From Litorivicinus sp. (lineage in GTDB: Bacteria; Pseudomonadota; Gammaproteobacteria; Pseudomonadales; Litorivicinaceae), in assembly GCA_049609265.1 (NCBI GenBank), contig JBMYYI010000005.1:1446-65445 (forward strand): a stretch of DNA of 64,000 nucleotides, read 5' to 3'. Of this stretch, positions 28,007 to 37,759 are shown piece by piece. Position 1 is the first letter of the stretch. Each line of letters starts with the position of its first letter. The notes below the pieces were generated by a model that saw only the letters and a list, made by a program, of their open reading frames with translations, was not told where the DNA came from and did no database searches. The position numbers and the translations under genes are program-made.

Positions 28007-28615
28007 ATGAAGTGGCACAGTTCGCTGTCCCCACGCTTGGCTAGTCAATTTAACTTTTTAATCGAGATCGACAAGCTAAAAAACGTGCTGCGTGCGACAC
28101 GCAATTTGCACAATCAGCAACCTGAAAACAGCGCTGAGCATTCCTGGCACCTGGCCATGATCGCGGCGATCCTGGCCGAGCATGCTCGCCGCCCCGTCCA
28201 CGTCGATCGTGTCATCAAGATGTTGCTAATTCATGACCTGGTTGAGATCGACGCCGGCGATCATCCCCTACATGGTGATCATGACCCGCAGGCTCAGGCG
28301 CAGGCGGAACTTGCGGGTGCCGATCGCATTTTTGGCTTGTTGCCACAGGATCAGGCCAACGAGTGGCGTGCATTGTGGGACGAATTTGAAGCAGCGCAAA
28401 GTGCCGATGCTGAATTCGCAAAGGGCATCGATCGATTCCAACCCTTGCTGTGCAACCTATACAACGAGGGCGGCAGTTGGCCGGAATATAACGTCACTCA
28501 AACGCAGCTGCATCAGCGGATTGGCAAGATTGAGCGAAGCTCTGAAACCCTTTGGTCGATCACCCAAGCGATCATTGAAGACGGCATTGAACACGGCTGG
28601 ATTAAACCCGAATGA
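28007..28615 (+). CDS. HD-domain hydrolase, YfbR/HDDC2-like 5'-(deoxy)nucleotidase
   Basis: HSWHLA ... IHDLVEIDAGD motifs (H...HD...D). I prefer the ATG at 28007 (AAGGA 8 nt upstream) over the TTG at 28001 in the ORF track. Confidence 0.75.
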   Translation: MKWHSSLSPRLASQFNFLIEIDKLKNVLRATRNLHNQQPENSAEHSWHLAMIAAILAEHARRPVHVDRVIKMLLIHDLVEIDAGDHPLHGDHDPQAQAQAELAGADRIFGLLPQDQANEWRALWDEFEAAQSADAEFAKGIDRFQPLLCNLYNEGGSWPEYNVTQTQLHQRIGKIERSSETLWSITQAIIEDGIEHGWIKPE

Positions 28616-29364
28616 GTCTAATTGAAATCGCATTTCTAGCCCTGGCTGGGTTTGCCGCCGGTGCCATTAACGCCCTAGCCGGCGGCGGCACGCTATTTAC
28701 CTTCTCGGCCCTGATGTTCACGGGGCTGCCACCGGTGACTGCAAATACCACCAGTGCGGTGGCGGTACTACCCGGCCAGATTGCGGCCGGACTGGCCTAC
28801 CTCAAGGACATCAAACACTACTGGCGGCAATGGGTTCCCTTGACGATCTTATCTGGGGTTGGCGGGCTGGCAGGTGGGTTGTTACTGCTCAGCGGCGGCG
28901 ATGGGACCTTTCGTTTCCTGGTCCCCTATCTGGTGCTGCTGGCCACGATCCTGTTCCTGTTCTCCGGCAAGATCGCTCAGTTGGGCGAGCACTTGGCCGC
29001 TCGTACCCAAAACAAATCTTTGCCCTACGGCGTGCAGGGATTAGTGGGTATCTACGGCGGTTATTTTGGCGCCGGCATGGGCATCATGATGCTGGCTTCT
29101 TTGCCTCTGACCGAGGGCAGTGACTACCACCGCGTTAATGCGGCCAAAAGCTTAATGGCCACCGTGATGCAAGGCGTCGCAGTGGTGCTGTTTCTGGCTG
29201 TAGGCACCATTGATTGGGGCGCTGCGGCAATCGTTGCCGCATCCAGCATCACCGGGGGTTACCTGTCGATTCGTATCGGCCGGCATCTGCCCAGTCACTG
29301 GTTAAAACGCTTTGTCATTACCGTGGGCTTTAGCCTCAGCGCCTGGTATTTCGTCAGCGGTTAA
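28612..29364 (+). CDS. TauE/SafE-family anion (sulfite-type) exporter
   Basis: 250-aa polytopic protein with an internally duplicated 4-TM pattern and G-rich helices. Forms an ATGA overlap with the HD gene. Confidence 0.8.
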   Translation: MSLIEIAFLALAGFAAGAINALAGGGTLFTFSALMFTGLPPVTANTTSAVAVLPGQIAAGLAYLKDIKHYWRQWVPLTILSGVGGLAGGLLLLSGGDGTFRFLVPYLVLLATILFLFSGKIAQLGEHLAARTQNKSLPYGVQGLVGIYGGYFGAGMGIMMLASLPLTEGSDYHRVNAAKSLMATVMQGVAVVLFLAVGTIDWGAAAIVAASSITGGYLSIRIGRHLPSHWLKRFVITVGFSLSAWYFVSG

Positions 29365-29441
29365 GCCTCCAAAATCAGCAAGGCAACCAGCAAAAATGCG
29401 GTGATGCCCCATGCGATTAACTTACCACGGCTGGGCTTCAT
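29361..29441 (-). CDS. candidate 26-aa single-pass membrane micro-protein, translationally coupled to tdk
   Basis: My own reading gives [26 protein letters not shown]. Its ATG is embedded in the tdk stop (ATGA). The ORF exactly fills the tdk-tauE gap and overlaps the tauE stop. There is no homology evidence. Confidence 0.3.
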   Translation of the reverse strand: MKPSRGKLIAWGITAFLLVALLILEA

Positions 29442-30073
29442 AGCTCGCCTTCCAGCAGGTCATCCTGGCGCGGCCCTCTGGCAAAGGGTTTAGGCTTACC
29501 CAGGTCCTGCGCACGCCAGTGTTTTCGGCACAAGGACACGTATTTTTCATTGCCGCCGATCTCGACCTGCGCCCCTTCAAGTAAAAATTCGCCCTGCTCG
29601 TTTAGGCGGGCCACCATCGAGGCCTTACCACCACACCAACAAATGGTTCGGACTTCGCGTAGCGTGTCGGCAATCGCCAATAGCTCCTGACTGCCAGGAA
29701 ACAGCGCGCCCTGAAAGTCAGTACGCAGGCCATAGCACATGACCGGTAAATTCAGCTGATCGACGACGTCGGCTAATTGCCACACCTGCTCGGTGCTCAA
29801 AAACTGCGCCTCGTCCACAAAGACGCAGGCAAAGGCGTACTGCTCGTGCAGCGTTTGGATTTGATCAAACAATCGATCATTGGGGCCAAAGGCATAGGCG
29901 GCATCATTAATGCCGATGCGCGAACCGATACGACCGACACCCACACGATCATCCAGGCTTGCGGTCATCAGCAAGGTGGGCATGCCCCGCTCGCGGTAGT
30001 TGTGCGATGCCTGCAAAAGTAGAGTGGATTTACCTGCGTTCATCGCAGAGTAAGAAAAGTAGAGTTTCGCCAT
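29438..30073 (-). CDS. tdk: thymidine kinase
   Basis: 211 aa with P-loop [18 protein letters not shown], and a C-terminal Cys pair region (CWCGG...CRKH). Confidence 0.9.
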   Translation of the reverse strand: MAKLYFSYSAMNAGKSTLLLQASHNYRERGMPTLLMTASLDDRVGVGRIGSRIGINDAAYAFGPNDRLFDQIQTLHEQYAFACVFVDEAQFLSTEQVWQLADVVDQLNLPVMCYGLRTDFQGALFPGSQELLAIADTLREVRTICWCGGKASMVARLNEQGEFLLEGAQVEIGGNEKYVSLCRKHWRAQDLGKPKPFARGPRQDDLLEGEL

Positions 30074-30088
30074 GGCGCCAGTATAGGG

Positions 30089-31129
30089 TCAGTGCGCCAG
30101 CAACACTAAGTGTTCCATCTCCAGGCGCACGCCAACCTGCTCACCCACATCATGGTCGTGGTGTGACGGCGCCAAACAACCCAGCTCAACCCCGTTCTCA
30201 AAACGCACCCGATAAACAAAGTGGCTGCCGCGGAATTGCTTGCTCACCAGGCGCGCCTCGCGATCCGAATGATCGTCGTGAATCACATCATCTGGGCGGA
30301 ATAAAACGGCCAGCTTTTGACCCGGTTCATAACCCAACGGCGCATCCGATTTCAGAACGCCGAGGGGCGATGCGACCTCTAGCGAGTTGAGCACTTCGCA
30401 GGGCAACACGTCGCCTGCCCCCACAAACTTGGCGACAAATTCCGTGCGCGGCTCGTGGTACAACCGGTAAGCCGCATCGAATTGCTCAATGATGCCGTTG
30501 CGCATCACCGCGACCCGGTCCGCAAAATCAAAGGCTTCTTTTTGGTCGTGCGTAACCATCAGAGCGGTCACGCCATCTGCTTTCAAAATTTGTCGAACCT
30601 CGCCGGCCAGCCGAGCCCGCAACTCACTATCCAGCCCACTGAACGGCTCGTCTAGCAACAACACCTTAGGTCGAGGCGCCAGGGCTCGTGCGAGGGCCAC
30701 TCGCTGGGCCTGACCACCTGAGAGCTCGTGGGGAAAACGCCGTTGCATACCCTGCAGGCCGACCAACTCTAACAACTCGCTGACCCGAGCTTCCTGATCT
30801 TTGGCGCTCCAGGCTTCGATACCAAAGCGGATGTTGTCGAACACGCTTAAATGAGGGAAGAGCGCCACATCTTGAAACACCAAGCCGACGCCGCGCTGAT
30901 GCGGCGGCACCCGAGTGCTGTGGTCCGCAACGACCTGACCGTCTAGCTGGATATCACCTGATAGCACCGGCGTAAAACCGGCGATACTGCGCAACAGCGT
31001 ACTTTTGCCACAGCCACTGGGACCTAGCAAACAGCCCAACTCGCCACTGGCCAGACTCAGACTGACCTGATGCACGACTGGACGGTCATCGTAGCCCAGC
31101 ACCAAATTGTTCAACGACACCGCAGCCAC
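30089..31129 (-). CDS. fbpC: Fe(3+) ABC transporter ATP-binding protein
   Basis: 346 aa with GPSGCGKST, LSGGQAQR and LLLDEPFS motifs and a C-terminal TOBE-like domain. It lies downstream of fbpA and fbpB. Confidence 0.85.
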   Translation of the reverse strand: MAAVSLNNLVLGYDDRPVVHQVSLSLASGELGCLLGPSGCGKSTLLRSIAGFTPVLSGDIQLDGQVVADHSTRVPPHQRGVGLVFQDVALFPHLSVFDNIRFGIEAWSAKDQEARVSELLELVGLQGMQRRFPHELSGGQAQRVALARALAPRPKVLLLDEPFSGLDSELRARLAGEVRQILKADGVTALMVTHDQKEAFDFADRVAVMRNGIIEQFDAAYRLYHEPRTEFVAKFVGAGDVLPCEVLNSLEVASPLGVLKSDAPLGYEPGQKLAVLFRPDDVIHDDHSDREARLVSKQFRGSHFVYRVRFENGVELGCLAPSHHDHDVGEQVGVRLEMEHLVLLAH

Positions 31130-32742
31130 TAGTGTTTTTCCTCGGTCACTGATCGATTCAAATAGATCACAGGTATCAGCCCCACCAGCACAATGGCAAG
31201 ACTGGCCGGTGCCGCGTCAATCAAACGCTCGTCACTGGCTAATTCATAGGCGCGTACCGCCAGGGTATTGAAATCAAAGGGCCGTAGAATCAACGTGGCG
31301 GGTAACTCTTTTAGGACATCGACAAACACGATCAGCGTGGCCGTCAACACCGACGCCCGCATCAGTGGCACGTGTATGCGGCGCATAATCTGAAACGGTC
31401 GCAGGCCCGCCAAGGTCGCGGCCTCATCCAAGGATGGCTTGATCCTGGACAGCCCGCTTGTGATGGCGCCCAGGCTGACCGCCGTAAAGCGCGCACCATA
31501 GGCCAGCACGATCGCCGCGAGGGTGCCGGTAAACAGCAACCCAATGTTCTGGCCCGTCAGGTCACGTACCCAAACAAACAGTGTCCGATCCACCGCCGCC
31601 AATGGAATCAGGACCCCAATCGCAATAATGGTTCCCGGCAGCGCGTAGCCCAACCCAGCCACCAACGACGCGGCCCGCACCCAGGGGGCATCGATCACTC
31701 GCTGCGCATAGCCCATCGCAGTTGATCCAAACACAATCGACAGCGCGGCCACACCGGCCAGCACTAACGAGTTAATGGCCATCGGCAACAAGTCAGCCCA
31801 TTGCCCCAGGGCATCCGTCACACTCCAATACAGCATGAAGCCTGCGGGCAAGAAAAAACCGAACAGCGGCGGCATGGCGCACAAGGCGGCGGCTAATACA
31901 GCCCAACCGCCTGACAATCGCACCCGCTGCTCACTGGCGCTGGCATCGACTGCTGAGTAATACCGAATCTTGCGGCGGGAATAGCGTTCCAGCAGGACCA
32001 ACAACGCAACAAAGGCCAGCAAGGTCGTCGCTAATTGGGCGGCGGCGGCAGCATCCCCCATCCCGTAGTATGCCCGCATAATGCCGGTGGTAAAGCTGGG
32101 CACACCAAAGAACTCGACGGTGCCATAGTCCGCCAGGGTCTCCATCAAGGCCAGCAATAAGCCGGCGATAATAGCCGGACGGGCCATCGGGATCGCCAAC
32201 CGAAATAGGCTAGCGGTAGGGCTTAAACCCAGGGTCCGGCCGACCTCCATGGTCGCCGTGCTCTGGGACAAAAATGAAGCCCGGGCCAACAAATACACGT
32301 AGGGATACAGCACGAGCGAGAGCATCACGACCGCCCCGGGCAGAGAACGCACCTGGCTAAGCCAGGCCCGTGGCAGCCAGCCTGCAAAGGGCCCTGCAAC
32401 ATCCAAAACACCGGTGTAGGTAAAAGCCAGGATATAGGCCGGGCATGCCAGCGGCAGCAATAGTGCCAACGACAAGGCGCGGCGAGCCGGAAAATCGAAC
32501 AACGCCACCATGGCTGCGGCGGGCACGCCCAGCAACAAAACACCTAGCGCCACCCCGAGTACCAAACTGGCTGAGTTACTCAGATAGTTCCACAGGACCG
32601 TATCGACCAGGTGCTCCCACAAGTCAGTGGGCGCCACAAAGGCCTGATACAAGATAGATACAATCGGCAGACACACCAAAGCACCGACCGCAAACGCGGT
32701 CAGTGCAATCAGTCGTTCAGAAGTTCTGTAGGTTATTGCCAA
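31129..32742 (-). CDS. fbpB: Fe(3+) ABC transporter permease (fused double permease)
   Basis: 537 aa made of two permease modules. The TTG start from the ORF track overlaps the fbpA stop. The start codon is uncertain. Confidence 0.85.
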   Translation of the reverse strand: MAITYRTSERLIALTAFAVGALVCLPIVSILYQAFVAPTDLWEHLVDTVLWNYLSNSASLVLGVALGVLLLGVPAAAMVALFDFPARRALSLALLLPLACPAYILAFTYTGVLDVAGPFAGWLPRAWLSQVRSLPGAVVMLSLVLYPYVYLLARASFLSQSTATMEVGRTLGLSPTASLFRLAIPMARPAIIAGLLLALMETLADYGTVEFFGVPSFTTGIMRAYYGMGDAAAAAQLATTLLAFVALLVLLERYSRRKIRYYSAVDASASEQRVRLSGGWAVLAAALCAMPPLFGFFLPAGFMLYWSVTDALGQWADLLPMAINSLVLAGVAALSIVFGSTAMGYAQRVIDAPWVRAASLVAGLGYALPGTIIAIGVLIPLAAVDRTLFVWVRDLTGQNIGLLFTGTLAAIVLAYGARFTAVSLGAITSGLSRIKPSLDEAATLAGLRPFQIMRRIHVPLMRASVLTATLIVFVDVLKELPATLILRPFDFNTLAVRAYELASDERLIDAAPASLAIVLVGLIPVIYLNRSVTEEKH

Positions 32743-33740
32743 CCGGCCCGATCCATTGTTTTAACAGCGGCCGCATTATTGACCCCCAACACCTCTAGCG
32801 GCAAGGCGTCACGCTTAAAGTCGCCATACGTCTGCATCGTTTTCGAAGCCGCCACGCCCGGGATGACTGGGAACTCGTGGTTAATCTCGGCGTAAAAACG
32901 CTGAGCTTCGTCAGACAGCAGGAACGCTAGTAGCTTTTCTGCGTTTTCACGGTTGGGCGCATAGCGCGTAATGCCGGCCATGCTGGCATTGATGTGCGTG
33001 CCACGACCTTCCTGGTCAGGCCAGATCATGCCAACCTTCTCAACCACTGCCTGATCTTCAGGCTTGTCACTGGCTAGCAGACGGCCGAAGTAGTAAGTGT
33101 TGGCTACCGCAAAGTCACAAACGCCCGCCGCAACTGCACGAATCTGGTCGGTATCACCACCCGCGGGCTGACGGGCCATGTTAGCCACGACACCCTTTGC
33201 CCAAGCTTGAGTCGCTTCGGCGCCTTCGTTTTCAAGCATCGCACCCACCAGAGACTGGTTGTAGATATTGCCCGATGAACGAATGCACAATTTGCCCTGG
33301 TTCTTGGGATCCGCGACCTCGGCATAGGTATCGATGTCGCTAGGATCAATTTTACCCTTGGCATAGAACATCACACGGGCACGCAAACTCAGCGCCACCC
33401 AGTTACGCTTTTCATCAATATATGCCTGGGGTACGCGATCTAAAAAGTCAGCCTGCGGCAAGGTGCCCAGCACGCCTGCTTGTTGTGCACGAACGGCACG
33501 GCCAGCATCGACGGTGACGAACAAATCCGCTGGGCTTGCGACGTCTTCGGTCTTCAGGCGAGTTACGAGCTCATCTGCAGACCCGGTAATCAAGCGAACC
33601 TCGACACCGATACGATCGGTGAATTGCTCCAATAGGGGCAGGATCAGCGCCTCTTTGCGGGCCGAATAGACATTGACCACGTCCGCTGCCTGCGCAACTG
33701 AGGCGGCTGAAAGTGACAGTGCAACGAGAAGGTTTTTCAT
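32733..33740 (-). CDS. fbpA: Fe(3+) ABC transporter periplasmic binding protein
   Basis: I chose the start at MKNLLVALSLSAASVAQA (signal peptide), which has AAGGAAAG upstream. The 12-codon extension in the ORF track was rejected. The protein is FbpA/AfuA-like. Confidence 0.85.
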   Translation of the reverse strand: MKNLLVALSLSAASVAQAADVVNVYSARKEALILPLLEQFTDRIGVEVRLITGSADELVTRLKTEDVASPADLFVTVDAGRAVRAQQAGVLGTLPQADFLDRVPQAYIDEKRNWVALSLRARVMFYAKGKIDPSDIDTYAEVADPKNQGKLCIRSSGNIYNQSLVGAMLENEGAEATQAWAKGVVANMARQPAGGDTDQIRAVAAGVCDFAVANTYYFGRLLASDKPEDQAVVEKVGMIWPDQEGRGTHINASMAGITRYAPNRENAEKLLAFLLSDEAQRFYAEINHEFPVIPGVAASKTMQTYGDFKRDALPLEVLGVNNAAAVKTMDRAGWQ

Positions 33741-33798
33741 AACGATTGATCTTTCCTTGTTGAGAATGATTCGCACTATACTTCGATTAACCTCAAAT

Positions 33799-33817
33799 GC
33801 AAACCATTATCATTAAC
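33799..33817 (-). promoter_or_regulatory. candidate Fur box upstream of fbpA
   Basis: The minus-strand sequence GTTAATGATAATGGTTTGC matches the 19-nt Fur consensus GATAATGATAATCATTATC at 14 of 19 positions by my count. It lies 59-77 nt upstream of the fbpA ATG. Confidence 0.45.
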
Positions 33818-33833
33818 TTTCTTAACTGAGATC

Positions 33834-33866
33834 AAAAAAAAAACCGAACACTGAGGTTCGGCTTTT
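33834..33866 (-). terminator. rho-independent terminator after hflC
   Basis: On the minus strand a CCGAAC/GTTCGG hairpin is followed by a U10 run, 15 nt past the hflC stop. Confidence 0.75.
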
Positions 33867-33881
33867 CTAACAAGGCTGCAA

Positions 33882-34757
33882 TTAGTTCGGCGTTGCGTCC
33901 TTTAGGAATCGGAAAAAGTCCGAGTCAGGCTCAATAACCAGCATGTCATCCTTGTTCGCAAACGACGTGCGGTACGCGTTCATAGACCGGTAAAAGCTAT
34001 AGAACTCAGGGTCTAGGTTGAATGCGTCTGCATAGATACGTGCTGCCTCGGCGTCGCCTTCACCACGAATCGCTTGGGCCTGACGATAAGCGCCCGCTTC
34101 AATGATGGTCTTTTGACGATCCGCATCGGCCTCAATACCTTCGGCCAGCTCGCGGCCTCGCGAACGCAGTTCACGTGCCTCACGTTCCCGCTCGGATGCC
34201 ATCCGCGAATACACTGCGTTAGAGACTTCCGGCGGCAAGTCGACCGCTTTGACGCGGACGTCAACGATCTCAATGCCCAGCTCGGTACGGGTAATTCGAT
34301 CCAGCTCCGCGGTGATTTCAGCCATCAGCTGATCACGCTCACCACTCACTACCTCATAGACCGTACGCTCACCAAACTTGTTACGCAGACCGTTATCCAC
34401 CCGAGAGGTCAAAAGACGGTTCGCTTCCAGCTCATCACCACCGGTGGCGGTGTAATAGCTATCGACATTAGCCACACGCCATTTGACGTAGCTATCAACG
34501 ATCAGACCCTTTTTCTCAGCCGTCAGGTAACGCTGCGGACGGCTATCCAAGGTCATCAGACGAGCTTCGAAACGCTTGACGTCGTTCACGATGGGCAACT
34601 TAAAGTGCAGCCCTGGCGGCACGTCAGTCTGCACCACCTCACCAAACTTCAGTAACACCGCCCGTTCACGTTCGCTGACGATGTACAGTGAGTTGCTGAT
34701 GACAGCGATCGCAAGTACGGCGACCGCTACAATAATATTCAGACGAGCCCCAGTCAT
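33882..34757 (-). CDS. hflC: protease modulator HflC (SPFH/band-7)
   Basis: 291 aa with an N-terminal transmembrane segment and an SPFH domain, directly after hflK. Confidence 0.95.
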   Translation of the reverse strand: MTGARLNIIVAVAVLAIAVISNSLYIVSERERAVLLKFGEVVQTDVPPGLHFKLPIVNDVKRFEARLMTLDSRPQRYLTAEKKGLIVDSYVKWRVANVDSYYTATGGDELEANRLLTSRVDNGLRNKFGERTVYEVVSGERDQLMAEITAELDRITRTELGIEIVDVRVKAVDLPPEVSNAVYSRMASEREREARELRSRGRELAEGIEADADRQKTIIEAGAYRQAQAIRGEGDAEAARIYADAFNLDPEFYSFYRSMNAYRTSFANKDDMLVIEPDSDFFRFLKDATPN

Positions 34758-35971
34758 TAGCGGTCTCCTCGAGTTGAAGTGGTGTTTTGACGCGCTCGGA
34801 TCTCAGAGATCACCGAATCGGTCAAAGATCGGATGTCACGCTGGGTGAAATCGGCACCCGGCCGTAGCGAGCTAACGGTGCCCGCGCGATCGGCCAAAGC
34901 AGCCCCCGCCGCACCCTGGGTCATGCGATCCAGGGGCAACATCATCATGTTGTTACCACTCTCGGTATCGATCAGCACCTTGGAGGAGTTGCTCATCACC
35001 TGCTCAACCGTCTCGATATACAAACGCTGACGAGTCACCTCAGGGGCGAGTTCATACTGAGCCAAAACCGCACGGAAACGATCGGCCTCACCCTGAGCGC
35101 GGGCGATCACTTCTTCTTTGTAGGCGTTGGCCTCTTCGATCACACGCTGGGCACGACCCCGTGCCTCAGGAACGATACCGTTGGCGTAGGTCTCTGCTTG
35201 GTTTTTAACCCGCTGCTCGTCCTCTCGGGCCTTGATCACGTCATCGAAGGCTTCTTGGACCTGTTGCGGCGGTTGCGTGCTCTCGAGGTTCAACTGAACC
35301 ACCTGCAGACCTGACTGATAGCTGTCCAGATAATTCTGCAAGCGCACGCTGATGTCCGCGCCCAAGGCCTCACGACCCTCAGACAAAATCGGACCCAGCT
35401 CGACACTGCCCACGACATGGCGCAGTGCAGAATCTGTTGCATGAGTCAGGCTCACCTCAGGATCGCGCACCTCTAGGGTAAATTTGCGCGGGTCGCTGAT
35501 CACATATTGAACCGCCAAGTTCACATCAACGATGTTCTCGTCCTCGGTCAGCATCAAACCTTGCGTGGTGTGAGTACGAACGCGGGTGACGTTAACCTTG
35601 TTAACTTCATCGATCAGACGGGGGTTCCAACGCAGACCCGGACCCTTGGTCTCATGGTACTCACCCAGGCGCAGGATGACGGCGCGTTCTTGCTGGTCTA
35701 CTTCGTACAGCCCTAAGGAGAACCAAACGCCCAGCAATACAATCACCAACAATCCAACTAAGGATGAGGACATTTTTACGTTCGGAATGTTCGGACCTGA
35801 ACCCGAACCACCGGAAGGATTAGAGCCGCCCTTGCCACCAAAGATCTTGTTCAGACCTTCCTGGACCTTTTTCGCGACCTCATCCAGATCCGGCGGACCT
35901 TGGTTGTTGTTGCCGTTGTTACCTTTATTACCCCAGGGATCTTTATCCCCGCCAGGTTCATTCCACGCCAT
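34757..35971 (-). CDS. hflK: FtsH protease modulator HflK (SPFH/band-7)
   Basis: 404 aa. Starts MAWNEPGG, has a Gly/Asn-rich N-terminus, then a transmembrane segment and an SPFH domain. Confidence 0.95.
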   Translation of the reverse strand: MAWNEPGGDKDPWGNKGNNGNNNQGPPDLDEVAKKVQEGLNKIFGGKGGSNPSGGSGSGPNIPNVKMSSSLVGLLVIVLLGVWFSLGLYEVDQQERAVILRLGEYHETKGPGLRWNPRLIDEVNKVNVTRVRTHTTQGLMLTEDENIVDVNLAVQYVISDPRKFTLEVRDPEVSLTHATDSALRHVVGSVELGPILSEGREALGADISVRLQNYLDSYQSGLQVVQLNLESTQPPQQVQEAFDDVIKAREDEQRVKNQAETYANGIVPEARGRAQRVIEEANAYKEEVIARAQGEADRFRAVLAQYELAPEVTRQRLYIETVEQVMSNSSKVLIDTESGNNMMMLPLDRMTQGAAGAALADRAGTVSSLRPGADFTQRDIRSLTDSVISEIRARQNTTSTRGDR

Positions 35972-36031
35972 GTTGGTATTTCCTAACTGACTAATTAACT
36001 ATGACTAACCATGGAGGCGCGACGCCCGGCT

Positions 36032-37324
36032 TCAAGCCTGCGCCACGACCCATTGATCCAAATCGTGCTGACGCGCTAAACGCTCCCATTCTTTCTTGCC
36101 TAACTCAAGTTGGATCTCAGACTCGCCTGATTCGTTAAAGCGCTCGCTGACGACGCCCCCTGAGTTATGCAACGCCGCCCGCACCTTCGATTCACTGGGT
36201 GGCAAGCACAGCGTGGGCGACAAAACCCCGGTATCCAATCGCACGGCAATCGCCTGCAATAATTCATCAATACCCTGGTGTTCCAGCGCCGAGATCCAGA
36301 CCCGACTGGGCTGCCCATCCGCATCCAAATCGATTCGGCCGGTCTGGGCGCCGGCGCGCATGTCGGCCTTGTTATAAACACGCAAGCGCGGAATTTCACC
36401 GGCTCCAATTTCATCTAGCACGGCCTGGACGTGTATCCGCCGGTCTTCACGCTCTGGATCGGCACAGTCCTCGACGACCAACAACAAATCAGCCAGTGCC
36501 GCTTCTTCCAAGGTGGCATGGAAGGCCTGTACCAATGAGTGCGGCAAATCCCGGATAAAGCCCACGGTATCGGCCAAAACCGCATGACTGCCACTGCCCA
36601 ACTCCAGGCGGCGCAGGGTCGGGTCCAGTGTTGCGAACAACTGGTCCGCGGCATAAACCACGCCACGTGTCATTTGATTGAACAGCGTGCTTTTGCCGGC
36701 ATTGGTGTAGCCGACCAACGCCACGGTAGGCGTTTCAGAGCGCTCGCGCAGGCGACGACCTTGAGCGCGGGAGGACTGCACTTTTTTCAAGCGCTTTTTG
36801 ATGGTGTCCACACGCACATTGAGCAATCGGCGGTCGGTTTCCAGCTGAGTTTCACCCGGCCCGCGCAGTCCAATACCCCCCTTCTGACGCTCTAGGTGCG
36901 TCCAACCACGAATCAATCGGGTACGCACAAACTCCAGTTGAGCCAGCTCGACCTGCAACTTGCCCTCGTGGGTCGCGGCCCGGGACGCAAAGATATCCAG
37001 GATCAAGCCGGTGCGATCCAGCACCCGGGCCTTGAGTTGAGCTTCGAGGTTCTTTTCTTGGGTCGGACTAAGGGCGCGGTCAAAAATAACCAGCTCTGCT
37101 TCTTGTTCCTGAACCTGCTGGGCTAGGTTTTCGACCTGCCCTTTTCCCAGGTAGGTGGCCGGCTTAGGCATATCTCGGCGCAAGCTGAAAATTTCAAGCA
37201 GCTCGCCACCTGCAGACAGGATCAGCTCTCGAAATTCAGATAAATCACTGGCCGCGTCGCGATTAGGATCAACAACTTGCACACCGATGATGCGCTCACC
37301 GCCGGATTCCCGCTCAAAAAACAT
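36032..37324 (-). CDS. hflX: ribosome-associated GTPase HflX
   Basis: 430 aa with the G1 motif GYTNAGKSTLFN, a DTVGF motif and an NKAD motif. Confidence 0.95.
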   Translation of the reverse strand: MFFERESGGERIIGVQVVDPNRDAASDLSEFRELILSAGGELLEIFSLRRDMPKPATYLGKGQVENLAQQVQEQEAELVIFDRALSPTQEKNLEAQLKARVLDRTGLILDIFASRAATHEGKLQVELAQLEFVRTRLIRGWTHLERQKGGIGLRGPGETQLETDRRLLNVRVDTIKKRLKKVQSSRAQGRRLRERSETPTVALVGYTNAGKSTLFNQMTRGVVYAADQLFATLDPTLRRLELGSGSHAVLADTVGFIRDLPHSLVQAFHATLEEAALADLLLVVEDCADPEREDRRIHVQAVLDEIGAGEIPRLRVYNKADMRAGAQTGRIDLDADGQPSRVWISALEHQGIDELLQAIAVRLDTGVLSPTLCLPPSESKVRAALHNSGGVVSERFNESGESEIQLELGKKEWERLARQHDLDQWVVAQA

Positions 37325-37364
37325 AAATTAAGTGCGGCTCCCGCGGCAGTGCATCAGTGTTGGA

Positions 37365-37661
37365 TTACTCAGCGTCGTCGCGCGCTTTTAGGCTATCTAC
37401 ACCAAACTTGCGGCCGGGCTTTTCTTCGGCTTCTTCTTCGCCAGGCCCGGGCAGTTTGACATTACGCGCCGGCACGACGGTAGAAATCGCGTGCTTGTAA
37501 ACCATTTGGCTAACGGTGTTTTTCAGCAGCACCACAAACTGATCAAAGGATTCGATTTGACCCTGCAGTTTGATGCCGTTGACAAGAAAAATAGAGACGG
37601 GAACGCGTTCTTTGCGAAGTACGTTCAGATAAGGGTCTTGTAATGAGTGCCCTTTCGACAT
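37365..37661 (-). CDS. hfq: RNA chaperone Hfq
   Basis: The sequence [64 protein letters not shown] is canonical Hfq. Confidence 0.97.
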   Translation of the reverse strand: MSKGHSLQDPYLNVLRKERVPVSIFLVNGIKLQGQIESFDQFVVLLKNTVSQMVYKHAISTVVPARNVKLPGPGEEEAEEKPGRKFGVDSLKARDDAE

Positions 37662-37759
37662 GAGATTGCCCTCTGATAAAAATGTTATTGGGCGAGTTGG
37701 GACTAAAAAATCGATCCATCGATGGCCGTCCCCAATTCGTTTACAAAGTATACGGTCTT

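Noticed and set aside
37662-37759. The hfq context lacks the usual upstream miaA; an MFS transporter gene precedes hfq instead.
   Set aside because: The hfq-hflX-hflK-hflC core is intact. Loss of miaA linkage is a common rearrangement and does not indicate anything unusual by itself.
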